A stretch of DNA of 64,000 nt from Marsupella aquatica. Lineage: Eukaryota; Plantae; Marchantiophyta. How positions within the stretch are numbered: position 1 is the first letter of the stretch; each line of letters opens with the position of its first letter. A program made the translations under genes and the position numbers. This document shows positions 52,441 to 62,735 of the stretch, piece after piece. The stretch is taken from positions 16,002,816 to 16,066,815 of the forward strand of contig OZ316895.1 in assembly GCA_973895155.1 (NCBI GenBank), read 5' to 3'. The notes below the pieces were generated by a model. That model saw only the letters and a program-made list of their open reading frames with translations, did not search any database and was not told the origin of the DNA.

Positions 52441-55400
52441 ATGTCAGCAGAGGAGTCGAGTCGTAGCAGCTCATCGCCACCGACACCTCGATACCACTTA
52501 CGGAGTGATCCACGACCATTGGTGCCAATTTCATTGGAGTCTCGGCAATTTTGACAACGTCCATAGACAGCAGCAGCACCCATACCACGCAATCCTTCTG
52601 CTCAATTTGGCAGTCGCTTCACCACTACCCCAAAGCCTGTTATCGCTTCTCTGCCCTTTACTCCTTTTGCATCAGTGGTTGTTCCAGCTTCACCGACATA
52701 CAACATGGATGCCAGCCACTCATCTGGCCGCATTGAGCGTTTCAGCGGGCGGCCAGGTACTGTTTCTTTGCGTGAGTTCAAATCCACTTTCTACACTGTC
52801 GTTTACGAATTGGAGTTGAAGTATGGCAGCAATTTCATAAATGCTTTTGCATTTAAGCAACTAGCCAGGTATGTGCACCACGAGGCTTTGGATGTGTATG
52901 AGCAGCACTCTCAACGGCTGCTTGCTGTCACACAATTGCCTAACCCTACCTATGCCACTGCAATTGTGGCTGCCTCACAACTGGCATTACAGAATGCCAT
53001 TGCAGCCCATGCTGCTGCTCCTGCCACTTCCCCTCCTACTCCAGTTCCCACCACTGCACCAGTTACTCCCACTGTCTTGGCACAGGCTACATCAGGCATT
53101 TCTCCCACCATTGATTCTCCTACCTTTGCTGATCCAGTGGCTGAGTTTTTCCAGGTTCTTGAATTGGAATTCCCAATCAAGAGTGCTGACAAAATCATGC
53201 AGTTGGCCACCTTTGTGAGGCAGCGCGATAAAACATTGAAGATGATGTATCGTCGGCTTCTCAAGTTGAAGGAGGACACCCAGAGCATCACTGATCTGGA
53301 AGCTGCTCATCGCTATCTTGGCACATTGGAGGGCACACCAGCTCTCCATTCGCAAGTGTTGCAGCAAGTATTCTCAAAGTTTGGAGACAGCTACACTTTG
53401 CTCAATGTCTATGACACTGCTGAGAAACTTGAATTGGCCCATGCACATTATGAGGCCAGTATTGCGCGTCCATCGCGATCCAGGTACCAGGCTGCTGCCC
53501 CTCCACTAACCACCCCTTCCCGTGTGCCACAGTATGGTTCCAAGCCCAAACCAGCCCATGCTGCTTTCATGCTGTCATCTTGCAACTACTGTGGTAACCC
53601 CAATCACAAGGCTAATGAATGTGATATTGTTGCTGAGGACCTGTCTTGTGATTTTTGCGGGAAAGTGGGTCACTTGGAGGCAGTTTGTTTTGCCAAATTC
53701 CCAGAGAGGAAGTAGCTACGACAGCAGGCCCCTCATCCTACTCCTGCTTCCACTCCCCCACCAGCTAGGAGGGCTCCTACTGCATCAGTTGCTCCTCCTT
53801 CCAGTGGCAAAGCACCCGGTGCTAACAAATTGCCCAAGCAGCAACAGAAGCAACCAGCTCAGAAGGAGGCTCACAATGCACAGGCAACTCAACTCCAGTC
53901 TCTGACTCATGAGGTTGAGTCATTACGTGCCCAACTTGCCAACATCAAAGGCAAGTCCACTGTCTCTACTGGTCCTTCTCAACCTGGCCCAGGCACCACT
54001 GACAGTTCAGCACCCATTCCCCGCTCTTTCTATGGCTTGCCCTTTGATGCTCATATGGGTGAGTGTGTGCTGTCCTCTGCTACACAGCCCGGCCTTACAG
54101 CAGAATTTTTAGATTCCTTCTGCCTTTCCTATTTTGCTTACCAGCAGGCCAGTGCTGCCTCCTGTATTGCTCCCACACGCCGCATTGTACAGGCTGATGG
54201 TCTTGCTGCTGGTCCTATGACTAGAGCCAGGGGAGCTCGGGCTGTCATGCCCCAATCTTTTCAGCCACTCACACTTGCTGAAGAGCGCACCTTGTTGGCG
54301 AGGGGGGAGGGAGTTGCAGCTACATCCATTCCACCACCAGGTGCTGCTGACATTTCACAGGGAGTTGTTTTTCCTGAGCTGCTTGAGCATTTCACCTCCG
54401 GTATGGCACAAAGGATTCTTACCACTCCACTTTTCAGTTGCCATGATTTACAGCTGGATGCTAGAGCTGTCATCAGAGCGCTAGAGGGCTCACTGCATTC
54501 TTCATCAGCCCCTGTGACACCGGTTTTGGAGGTCCAATCCCATGTATATACTGGACCTTCTTCTTCTCCATTGCATGCTTCCACTGGTTTGGCTATACCA
54601 GTACCAATTTCCAGTGGTAGAGATGACAGTATTGCTACAGATTGTGTGACCAGAGCTACACTTGATTCTGGTCATGCTGCTCCATCTTTCCTGGCTATGC
54701 TGTTGAGTGGGAAGACCGTGGACACTAACTCCCTTCACAAGGTACCTCATCATTTGCCAAAAGTGGTGCCTATTGACAGGACTTTAGTTTCCACCACCAT
54801 TGCCATTGTTGACAACAGGAATTCAGCAGTCAAGTTGGAGGGTCACACTCCTCAGGTGGTCATGCTAGACATAGGCGCTCAACCAGTAATCTTGGGCATT
54901 CAGTTTGCCAAGAAGATGGGACTGCTGACTGATCATTTACAGCAATCTAGGTGGCACATTCGGACTGCTAGTGGCACTGTGGAGGATGTGCTGGGTGAGA
55001 TTTCTACTTTACTCACTCTCACTTTTAATGGAGGTACAGATCAGGAACTGCATTTCCCAGTCAGATGTTTGGTTACCAATGCCACTACGTATGATGTGCT
55101 CATTGGGCAGGAGGCTTTGTTCCCACCAGGTTTTACCATTGACAACTGGCATGAGCATGCATACTACAGAGTTGATTGGCATACGGATGGCTCACACTTG
55201 GGATACATTCCACTTGATTTGCATGGTGCCCATACCCCTATGGCTCACCACTGTGTGTTGAAAGCAGTGCACACAGCTACCTATGTCAACCACCCATTGC
55301 AGGATTGGATTGAGGAGGATGATGATGAGGTGGCTACTGCACATGCTGCTGCACGTATAGCAGCACTTTCCAGCAACGTGGATCATCAACCAGAGGTGGT

Positions 55401-56292
55401 ACAACGGCTCCAAGCAGCCCATGGACCTTTGGTGGCTGCATTGCACAAATTTGAGGACCTTGGGCAGCATAATGGACAACCAATAGCCCCAATCTTGAGC
55501 GTACCAGTTACATGGACTCTTCCTTCAGATGGCCTTACATTGCTTGAGCTTGTTGGTGGCATTTCTACAGGCCTGGAAGCTCTCCTAAAGTCTGGCATGG
55601 TGGTGAAGCAGTACATCTATGTGGATATTGATCCAGGTGCAAGGCAAGTGGCTGAATCCCGTCTGCTGGACTTTTCAGAGCGATTTCCCCAGCAGTTTCC
55701 ACATAGTGCATGGAAGTCTGCATTTTCTTTCTTCCCTCCAGATATCCAGCTTGTCCAGCACCGGCACTTAACCCTTCTTGGCTCCCTTGATTTGATCATA
55801 GCTGGTTGGGAATGCCAAGGGTTTTCAGCTGCTGGTCACGGTGCTGGACTGCATGATTCTCGTTCTGGCCTTTTCACAGCATTGGTTCAGATTCTCACCT
55901 GGGCTCAATCCCTTTATCCTGCTGTTGGTTATATCATTGAGAATACTCCATCTCAGTTTGACCAGCGTCCACAGGTCAAAGAGGATTTCAGTGTGGTCCA
56001 GCACTACTTGGGACCACCCCTTCTCATTGATGCAGTGCACTGTGGTTCTTATGCACATCGTCTTCGTAACTTTTGGACTAACCTTGCACCACCTTCCTTG
56101 CTGGAGATGGCTCTTCACCACACATCCAGGGACACTAACCTTACAGTGGACCAGATTTTGGATCCTGACAGTTCTTGCCAACCAGTTACACGGCAAGAAC
56201 CAGCACCTTGGTATCCAACCAATACCATTGGACAATGGAGAGGCTGGCACTTCTGGCTCTTTAAGCATGAGTACATCAGGTCCTATTCCTAG
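52441..56292 (+). pseudogene. Gag - aspartic protease - C5 cytosine methyltransferase frame, interrupted by 3 stops
   Basis: One frame from ATG 52441 (MSAEESSRSSSSPPTPRYHLRSD) with stops TGA 52552, TAG 52564 and TAG 53713. Two zinc knuckles CNYCGNPNHKANEC and CDFCGKVGHLEAVC (53581-53688). Protease MLDIGA (54862-54879) and YDVLIG. DNMT motifs at 55534-56240. Confidence 0.88.
55534..56243 (+). other. C5 cytosine DNA methyltransferase domain (motifs I-VIII plus start of the target-recognition region) inside the retroelement polyprotein
   Basis: Motif I LELVGGISTG, II YIYVDID, III PDI, IV LIIAGWECQGFSAAG (catalytic Cys 55813-15), V DSRSGLF, VI YIIENT, VIII AHRLRNFWTNL, in the correct order and spacing. 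Confidence 0.9.
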
Positions 56293-59200
56293 TGTTGCCA
56301 ACTACACATTTATCATGGGCAACCACCTGAGTAAAAGACAGAAGGACCAGCTGCTGAATTTGCTCCTCAAGCATGAGAATGTGTTTGCTTTCTCTATGAA
56401 GGACTTGGGTAAGTGCAAGACTATGCAGTTCTCCATTGAGTTGGCTGATGAAACACCTATCTTCAGGCGGAGACACCGTTTGAGTAAGCATGAGTGGCAG
56501 TTGGTGGATGAGAGGTGCCAAGAGCTTTATGAAGCTAGTCTTATTCAGCCATCTACATCAGATTTTGCGGCAGCTACAGTGATGCCAGCAAAGAAGGATT
56601 CCAGTGGATTGTGGACAGAGAAGCGCATGTGTGGGGACTACAGGCCATTGAACCTGGTCACACCCCAGGACAGGTACCCCATGCCATGGCCAGAGGAGCT
56701 ATTTGACAGCATTGGAGACTCAGACATCTTCACTCTTGTGGATCTAAGGCAAGGCTTCAACCAGATTTTGCTGCTTGTAAAGGACCGCAAGAAAACAGCT
56801 TTCCATGGTAGTAACCAACTATGGGAGTGGTTGGTGATGCCATTTGGCTTGAAGAATGCGCCCATATTCTTTCAAAGAGTCATGGACCAGGTTCTTCAAG
56901 GTGCTGAGTTTCTAAAATGCTACATTGATGATGTGTTGGTCCACAGCAAAGGATTTGACCAGCATCTACTTGACCTTGAGGAGCTATTCATGAGGCTTAA
57001 GAAGGTGAACCTAAAGATACACCCCAAGAAGTGTGAATTTGCTGTCAAATCAGTAGTATATCTTGGGCATCGCATTCTTCCAAATGGAACCATGGCTCAG
57101 TGGGCCAAGGTGGTATCCATCTTGGAAATGCCCACTCCTACCGATGTTCACACTTTGAGGAGTTTTATTGGGTTGTGCAATTACTACCGGATCTACATCA
57201 AAGATTTCAGTACCATTGCACACCCATTGTACTCTTTGTTGAAAAAGAATGTGCCTTGGACATGGAGTACAGATGCTGAGGCAGCATTTGCCACTTTGAA
57301 GGAGAAGCTCTCAGAATACCCAGTGCTAAGAAGACCTGATTTCAGCAAGGTCTTTGTGCTACACACAGATTGGAGTGCCCTTGGGATTGGTGCCATTCTG
57401 GGCCAGCATGATGAGGAAGGTAAAGAGTACGTCATTGCCTATGCATCCAGGAGCAACAATCAGGCAGAGAGTCATTATTCTTCTTATGAGGGTGAATGCC
57501 TTGTTGTTGTGTGGGCTGTCATACATTACAGGCCCTACCTCTATGGGACCAGGTTTGTTCTCTACACCGACCACCAGCCCTTGAAGTGGTTGATGACCAA
57601 CGACAAGCTTACTGGCAAGCTTGCTCGTTGGGCGCTCATACTCCAGGAGTATGATTTTGAGGTAATTCATAGGCCTGGTGTGACACATCAAAATGCTGAC
57701 ACTATGTCCCGCAGCCCTTTGATTGCCTCTGATGATCCCTCAGATGCACGGCAGGATTTTGACCAGGTTTCCATCCTGCCTACATTTCATGCATCTACCT
57801 ATCTTGCTTTGCTGCCATGCTACATTGTTGACCAACCTGTGGTGGACATATCGGAGGACAGCGACACTCTGAGATTTCTGCAAGATGGGGAGTACCCCAC
57901 CCATGTTACTGCTGCCCAGAGAGACCGAATTCAGCAAAGGTCCAAGCACTACTTGTGGAAGGGAGATCATCTTGTGCGCTGCTTGCCAGACAGGGAAGTG
58001 GTGGTTCCACCCATTCATGAGAGGGTTGGCCTTATCCGCAAGGTACATTCTGAGCTTGGTCATTTTGGTGTTAAGAGGACTTATAGCCTCTTGGTCCCCC
58101 ATTATCATTGGAGAGGCATGCATGGTCAGGTTCGAGATGTTATTGCCCGGTGTGAGCAGTGTGATAGGGTAAGGACTTCTTTCACATCTCGGCAATCCAC
58201 ACTTCATCCACTCCCTATTCAGGGCATGTTTTATTGTTGGTCATGTGATTTGGCTGGAGAATTACCCCTCACATCTCGGGGTAATCTCTACATCATGATC
58301 ATGATAGAGCATTTCTCCAAGTGGATAGAACTTGTGGCATTGCCGTATAAGACCTCCTGTAGCACCAGCCAGGCATTCTTGCAACAAGTTCTCAGCCGCT
58401 TTGGAGCTTGTGCAGAATGTCTCACTGACCAAGGCTCAGAGTTTAGAGGAGAGTTCCAGGAGCTGCTTGATCAGGCTCTCATTGATCATCGCCGGACATC
58501 ACGAGATCACCCACAGGCAGATGGCTTGGCAGAGCGCATGGTTCAGACATGCAAGAAGGGCCTTCGGAAGATCTGCCTCACCAAAAACAAGGAGGATTGG
58601 GACCTGGCCTTACCCTACATTGCCATGGGGTATAGGATGTCCAGACATGCATCACTGTCTAACTTTTCTCCCTACTTCTTGTTGTTTGGTCGTCACCCAG
58701 TTCCACCTTCTGCTATTGCTTCTCACGTGCTTCAGGTGGTGGACTTGGATTCAGTTGTGACTTGGTCTGATGTGATCTTTGAGAGGGCTGCCCTATTCAG
58801 GAGGGTTATGCCCATGGCCATGGAGAATTTGGCCATTGCACAGCACAGGGACACACTGCGTTATGCACACACACGAGGGGGCACTTTTCAGCCCAAGGTC
58901 AGGAAGTTTGAAGTGGGAGATTTTGTGTACTTGCAGCGGCAAGCTAACGACACCCTGGACACCTCTACCAGTCGCACTATTCTCAGGGTCAAAGCTATTC
59001 GACCGTCTGGAGTGCTAGAGTTACAAGGGGCAGATGGGCGCACAATTGCTGACAATGCCAAGAATTGCGCCCCTTGTCATCTGCCTAACCTGGATCCCAC
59101 CATTGTGACTTCTACTTGGATTCCACCTGTGGACTACCCTTGCAAAGTGTGTTTGCGAATTGATGATGTTGACCAGATGCTGCTGTGTGACAATTGCAAT

Positions 59201-59293
59201 GGAGGGTACCATCTTTTCTGCCTTCGGCCTGAACTTACCCAGGTGCCAGAAGGGTTATGGTTTTGCCCTTCTTGTGCTCCACGTGCTATCTGA
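56240..59293 (+). CDS. Pol: reverse transcriptase, RNase H, integrase, C-terminal PHD finger (uninterrupted frame)
   Basis: RT RMCGDYRPLN, DLRQGFNQ, VMPFGLKNAP, YIDD (56921). RNase H LHTDWS, YEGE, YTDHQPL, NADTMSR. Integrase HSELGH..CEQC, SCDL, TDQGSEF, GLAERM. PHD CKVC..LLCDNCNGGYHLFCL..VPEGLWFCPSC (59141-59276). Confidence 0.93.
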   Translation, partial: EAGTSGSLSMSTSGPIPSVANYTFIMGNHLSKRQKDQLLNLLLKHENVFAFSMKDLGKCKTMQFSIELADETPIFRRRHRLSKHEWQLVDERCQELYEASLIQPSTSDFAAATVMPAKKDSSGLWTEKRMCGDYRPLNLVTPQDRYPMPWPEELFDSIGDSDIFTLVDLRQGFNQILLLVKDRKKTAFHGSNQLWEWLVMPFGLKNAPIFFQRVMDQVLQGAEFLKCYIDDVLVHSKGFDQHLLDLEELFMRLKKVNLKIHPKKCEFAVKSVVYLGHRILPNGTMAQWAKVVSILEMPTPTDVHTLRSFIGLCNYYRIYIKDFSTIAHPLYSLLKKNVPWTWSTDAEAAFATLKEKLSEYPVLRRPDFSKVFVLHTDWSALGIGAILGQHDEEGKEYVIAYASRSNNQAESHYSSYEGECLVVVWAVIHYRPYLYGTRFVLYTDHQPLKWLMTNDKLTGKLARWALILQEYDFEVIHRPGVTHQNADTMSRSPLIASDDPSDARQDFDQVSILPTFHASTYLALLPCYIVDQPVVDISEDSDTLRFLQDGEYPTHVTAAQRDRIQQRSKHYLWKGDHLVRCLPDREVVVPPIHERVGLIRKVHSELGHFGVKRTYSLLVPHYHWRGMHGQVRDVIARCEQCDRVRTSFTSRQSTLHPLPIQGMFYCWSCDLAGELPLTSRGNLYIMIMIEHFSKWIELVALPYKTSCSTSQAFLQQVLSRFGACAECLTDQGSEFRGEFQELLDQALIDHRRTSRDHPQADGLAERMVQTCKKGLRKICLTKNKEDWDLALPYIAMGYRMSRHASLSNFSPYFLLFGRHPVPPSAIASHVLQVVDLDSVVTWSDVIFERAALFRRVMPMAMENLAIAQHRDTLRYAHTRGGTFQPKVRKFEVGDFVYLQRQANDTLDTSTSRTILRVKAIRPSGVLELQGADGRTIADNAKNCAPCHLPNLDPTIVTSTWIPPVDYPCKVCLRIDDVDQMLLCDNCNGGYHLFCLRPELTQVPEGLWFCPSCAPRAI

Positions 59294-59512
59294 CTTTTCT
59301 TCAGCCCTCCTTTTGGCTGTGGTCTGGGGGGGATACAGAGGTTTACACCTCCACTACGTACATACCACCTCAGTTGCTCTTTCTTGGCACTTATGAATGT
59401 GATTGGACTTTTTCTATGCATGTTGGTTGCTAGCAGCTTGCACATATGCATTGCCGGTGAGTTGTATGTTTTCGATACACTATGGCTACGATACTATATG
59501 TCACGACAGGGT

Positions 59513-61950
59513 GAGGAAGACCCAACCGAAGGCGCGTGGATGTGGTAAAAATAAAAGAACTCATACGAAAGGGGGCCCAAAGAGGACTCGCCGATAGCCA
59601 AGACCCCGAACCAGCGCCCGAACCGGATAAAAGACGTGCCCGTACCAAATCTGAGGGTGCCTCAGAAAGCATGCTGGAAAGGGTGTGTCGGTGCATGCGA
59701 TCAGAAATCACCTGTTGGACTCGATCCAGGCTGTCCAAAACAACTCCCTCGAAAGCAGGGACCACGCTCTGCACGTCCTCTGGCAATAATGACCGTGCAT
59801 GACGAAGCTGGACCTGAAAAGGGAGAGCTCCGTTCTCCACTCCCATGACCGAGTCAGAGAGGATAGGCCGAAGGTCCACAATGAAACGTGAGGCCAGGGC
59901 AGGGGCCACCTGCGCCCAACTACCAAGAAACGTGCAAGGGGCAGTGTCCACTGCCAAGGCCACCCCCATACCACCTCCCGATGGGGGTAACGCAGCCTGC
60001 CTAGCCGCAAAAGAACCATCCTCTCCATCAAGGGCTCCCGGACCAATGAGGTGACCAAAGACTCTCATCACAGTGGTGTCAAATGAAGAGAGTAAGGACA
60101 GGAACATCACGGTAGGAGGGACTGTCCGGAGAAGATAGGAAGGACGCCGAACAAAACATAGGACCAGGATCAAACAGGAGATCTGGGCATCCCCCATGGA
60201 CACCAACTGGTCAATATGCAAAATGTTCTGGGACAGGGCCGCTAGAAGAAAATCCTGCTCAAAGGCCGCTCCCCCGAAAGGCACCCCAAGGACTCTAATG
60301 CCCTCGAGCCGAATGGGTATACCAAGAGGTGGGGTGAAAGAGTGGGGGAGGGGGAGACGAGACCAAACCCCACACTTCCAAGGCTGAACTGAAAGACCAA
60401 TGAGGGTAAGCTGGTCCACAAAGTGGGAATAGGCGTCCCCAACAAGCAAGACCCGGGCAACAATGAGAGTGTCATCCGCAACAGAAGGAAACATGCAACC
60501 CGGGAAGGCAGCCAAAGAGGCATGAATAGCACGAAGGTGCGCCATAGCAAACAACGCCCCACCAAGGGGGTCACCCTGCCTAGTCCCGGACTCGGATGAG
60601 ATGGTCACATAGGACCCAGGAACAAGATGGTCAGGGTAAACCAGGGGGGTCGGGGCCCCATAGAAGGCCCGGGCAAAGGGGATGAGGGATGCAATCTCCC
60701 CTCCAGCGGCCCGCAACTCCTCAAACATGACCCGACGGGATACAGAGTTGAATGCGTTAGCCACATCCACCTGAATGACAGCCCAGTCGGGGGTGGCCAC
60801 TCCAAACTGGTGAGGAAAAAAGTGTGATGAAAAGGGAGCCCGAGTTTGCAAACAAACACAACGGCTCACCAAGCGGAACAAGACCTCCCCGATGGCCAAG
60901 GGCCTGACACCCCCAGTCTCTTTGGCCATAGCCAGAAGCCGACAGGCCCCCAAAAGCCGAGCAACCACAGGAGGAATACGGCCCCCCGCTACATGGGCAC
61001 AGACCTGGAACAACTCAGAAAAACCAGATGCCGAGTCGTCGGGACAAAAGCAATCGCGTAGGTGCTCGAACCTCATCCCAGAAATCCCGCCCGCGGATCG
61101 GCGGGGTAGATGCAGGAAGACAGAGGAGAACACCTCGCGGGATAGGGAGAACTCGGTCTCAGGGGTAAAGCTCCCAAGAAAACTAGGAACCTCGGATGCA
61201 GCCGGGGGATGAAGAGACCAAAAGGCAAGAACGGTCTCGGCTGAAGGAGGAGAGGGGGAGAGGGGGACCAAGGAGCAGGCGGCCCGAGAAAACTCCCCCG
61301 CCTGTCCCAATAGAAGGCACTGGCGAAGCCTGCACTGCACAGGAGGGACAGATGACTCCTCGACAGGCTCAGAGGTCCGAGAGGCCATCGCTAACAACCT
61401 ATGGTAATACTCCTCATGAAGCAAAGCCCAATCCCCAGAAAGGAACCGCTACAACCGGACCAAGGTCTCCCTATGCCCGGATGCCCCCCCCCCCGCGGAG
61501 GAAGGACCAGCACCCAATGAGGGAGCAGCAGGAGCAAGGACCAAGCCCCAACATCTGAGGGGTCGCGAGCCAAGCGGTCGAAGGGAAGACGAAAGGCTCT
61601 CTGAAGGAGAGGCCGCACGGGCACGGGAATCCTAGTAAACAAACGGGGATGCCAAAAACCGGGATAGAGGGCAGCAAGGACATCAAGGTGAGCCAACCAA
61701 TCCCAAGAGGAGGGAGGGGGCCCAGATGGAGGTGGGGGGAGGACGGGGGGTGGAGGCAAGAACGACGGTGGCGTGTCAAACCTGACGGCCGGTACCAACT
61801 ATGACAAGCATCGCACTGGACACGGGGATCAGAAGGGGAAGTGGGAGGTGAGGAGGGACGATGGCGACGGACGGAAAGAGGGGTGGAGTAGGGGGAAGCC
61901 AGAGGGCGCGGAGTGGGGGGAGGGGAACTCAAAATGGGAAGAGGCTCCAT
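59513..61950 (-). pseudogene. N-terminal zinc finger and RT portion of the CRE-like LINE ORF, with frameshifts in poly-C tracts
   Basis: CDACHSWYRPSGLTRHRRSC zinc finger. RT motifs SAGGISGMRFEHL, AKETGGVRPLAIGE, QFGV, VDVANAFNSV, GTRQGDPLGG, SVADD, GIRVLGVPFG. Frame changes near 61735 and 61485; apparent short deletion between QFGVATP and DWAVIQVD. Confidence 0.88.
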
Positions 61951-62735
61951 GAGAAAATGAAAATATAAAACAAGGATAAAGAAGAAACATATAAAGTAGG
62001 CAAGTCAAACAAAAACAAACAGAAAATATTACTAAAGCGACAACAAAAACAAAAACAAAGGATGGATGACCAAAGCAAAGAACCTCGACCCGGTAGTGAC
62101 AACAACCGCACGTCGAAAAGGACCGCTGCAGCCCCGCGCAAAGGAAGCTGTCGCGGAGGCACCCCCTCCGGGTAGAACACCAAGAAGCCACACCACAACG
62201 AGCTGCCCCAGGCCACGAACCAACCCCGGCACAGAGCCAGGAGAAAAAGCGCCAGACCCCGGGCCAGGGCAGGGCCGATCACCAGGCTAGAGCAGAAATC
62301 CAACCAGCAGAGAAGGCTCCCAAGCACCAAGACCTCCCCCCCAAACAGAACCGAGGGGCCCGGAAAACAGCCCCCAAAGGGCCAAAGCCAGCAGTACGAG
62401 GAGCACCGAAAGAGGAGAACCAAGGATGAAGAGCCCGGGGCCAACAACCCACACAAAAATCCCGGTAAGGGGGAAAGGGGGGGGGGATCCGAGGGTCACC
62501 CCGGCGGAAGGAGCCCCTCTCCGAGGGGCAGGGGGTCCCTCATAATGAGGCCCCCCCAAAAAGGGCCCCTGCGCATGCCCCTCCCTGGCTTCGCCACACG
62601 TCAGCCACCACAGCGCGTCAGCGCCCAGCCGTGCGCAACCCAGCCCACCCCCGCCGCGCTCGACCTCGCTCGCCCGACCCTCCCGCCACTCACTCGCTCC
62701 CCCGCTCCTCCCGACCCCGGTTCGCTCCGCTCCGC

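Larger units (their letters stand above)
51744..59508 (+). mobile_element. Ty3/Gypsy-type retroelement carrying a C5 DNA methyltransferase and a PHD finger; 7765 bp, GGGT TSD, no LTR direct repeats found
   Basis: GGGT (51740-43) | TGTCATG ... CACGACA | GGGT (59509-12). Domain order Gag-PR-DNMT-RT-RH-INT-PHD. G-tract (PPT-like) at ~59325-59332. Confidence 0.92.
50943..62735 (-). mobile_element. CRE-like non-LTR retrotransposon (single ORF: N-terminal zinc finger, RT, CCHC plus restriction-like endonuclease), ~4.0 kb without the nested insertion; ends approximate
   Basis: GC-rich 5' leader 62735-61951, ORF from ATG 61950, T-rich 3' trailer to ~50943. Removing 51744-59512 rejoins ...RLRLGLPHP|CLLGQPTCVCG in frame. 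Confidence 0.85.

Noticed and set aside
53713-53718. Programmed stop-codon readthrough between Gag and protease (TAG CTA)
   Set aside because: The position after the zinc knuckles is suggestive. However, two other stops in the same frame (52552, 52564) are C-to-T type and CAG gives a natural KQLRQQ, so mutation is simpler. Sibling copies would settle it.
55841-56239. N-terminal ~130 aa of the listed 1150-aa ORF as real protein
   Set aside because: It overlaps the DNMT motifs in another frame and has no recognisable content; Pol homology starts near 56300.
11184-59508. Functional epigenetic cluster linking host ATX, Harbinger Myb and the retroelement DNMT/PHD
   Set aside because: The elements are independent insertions tens of kb apart; co-location is most simply chance.
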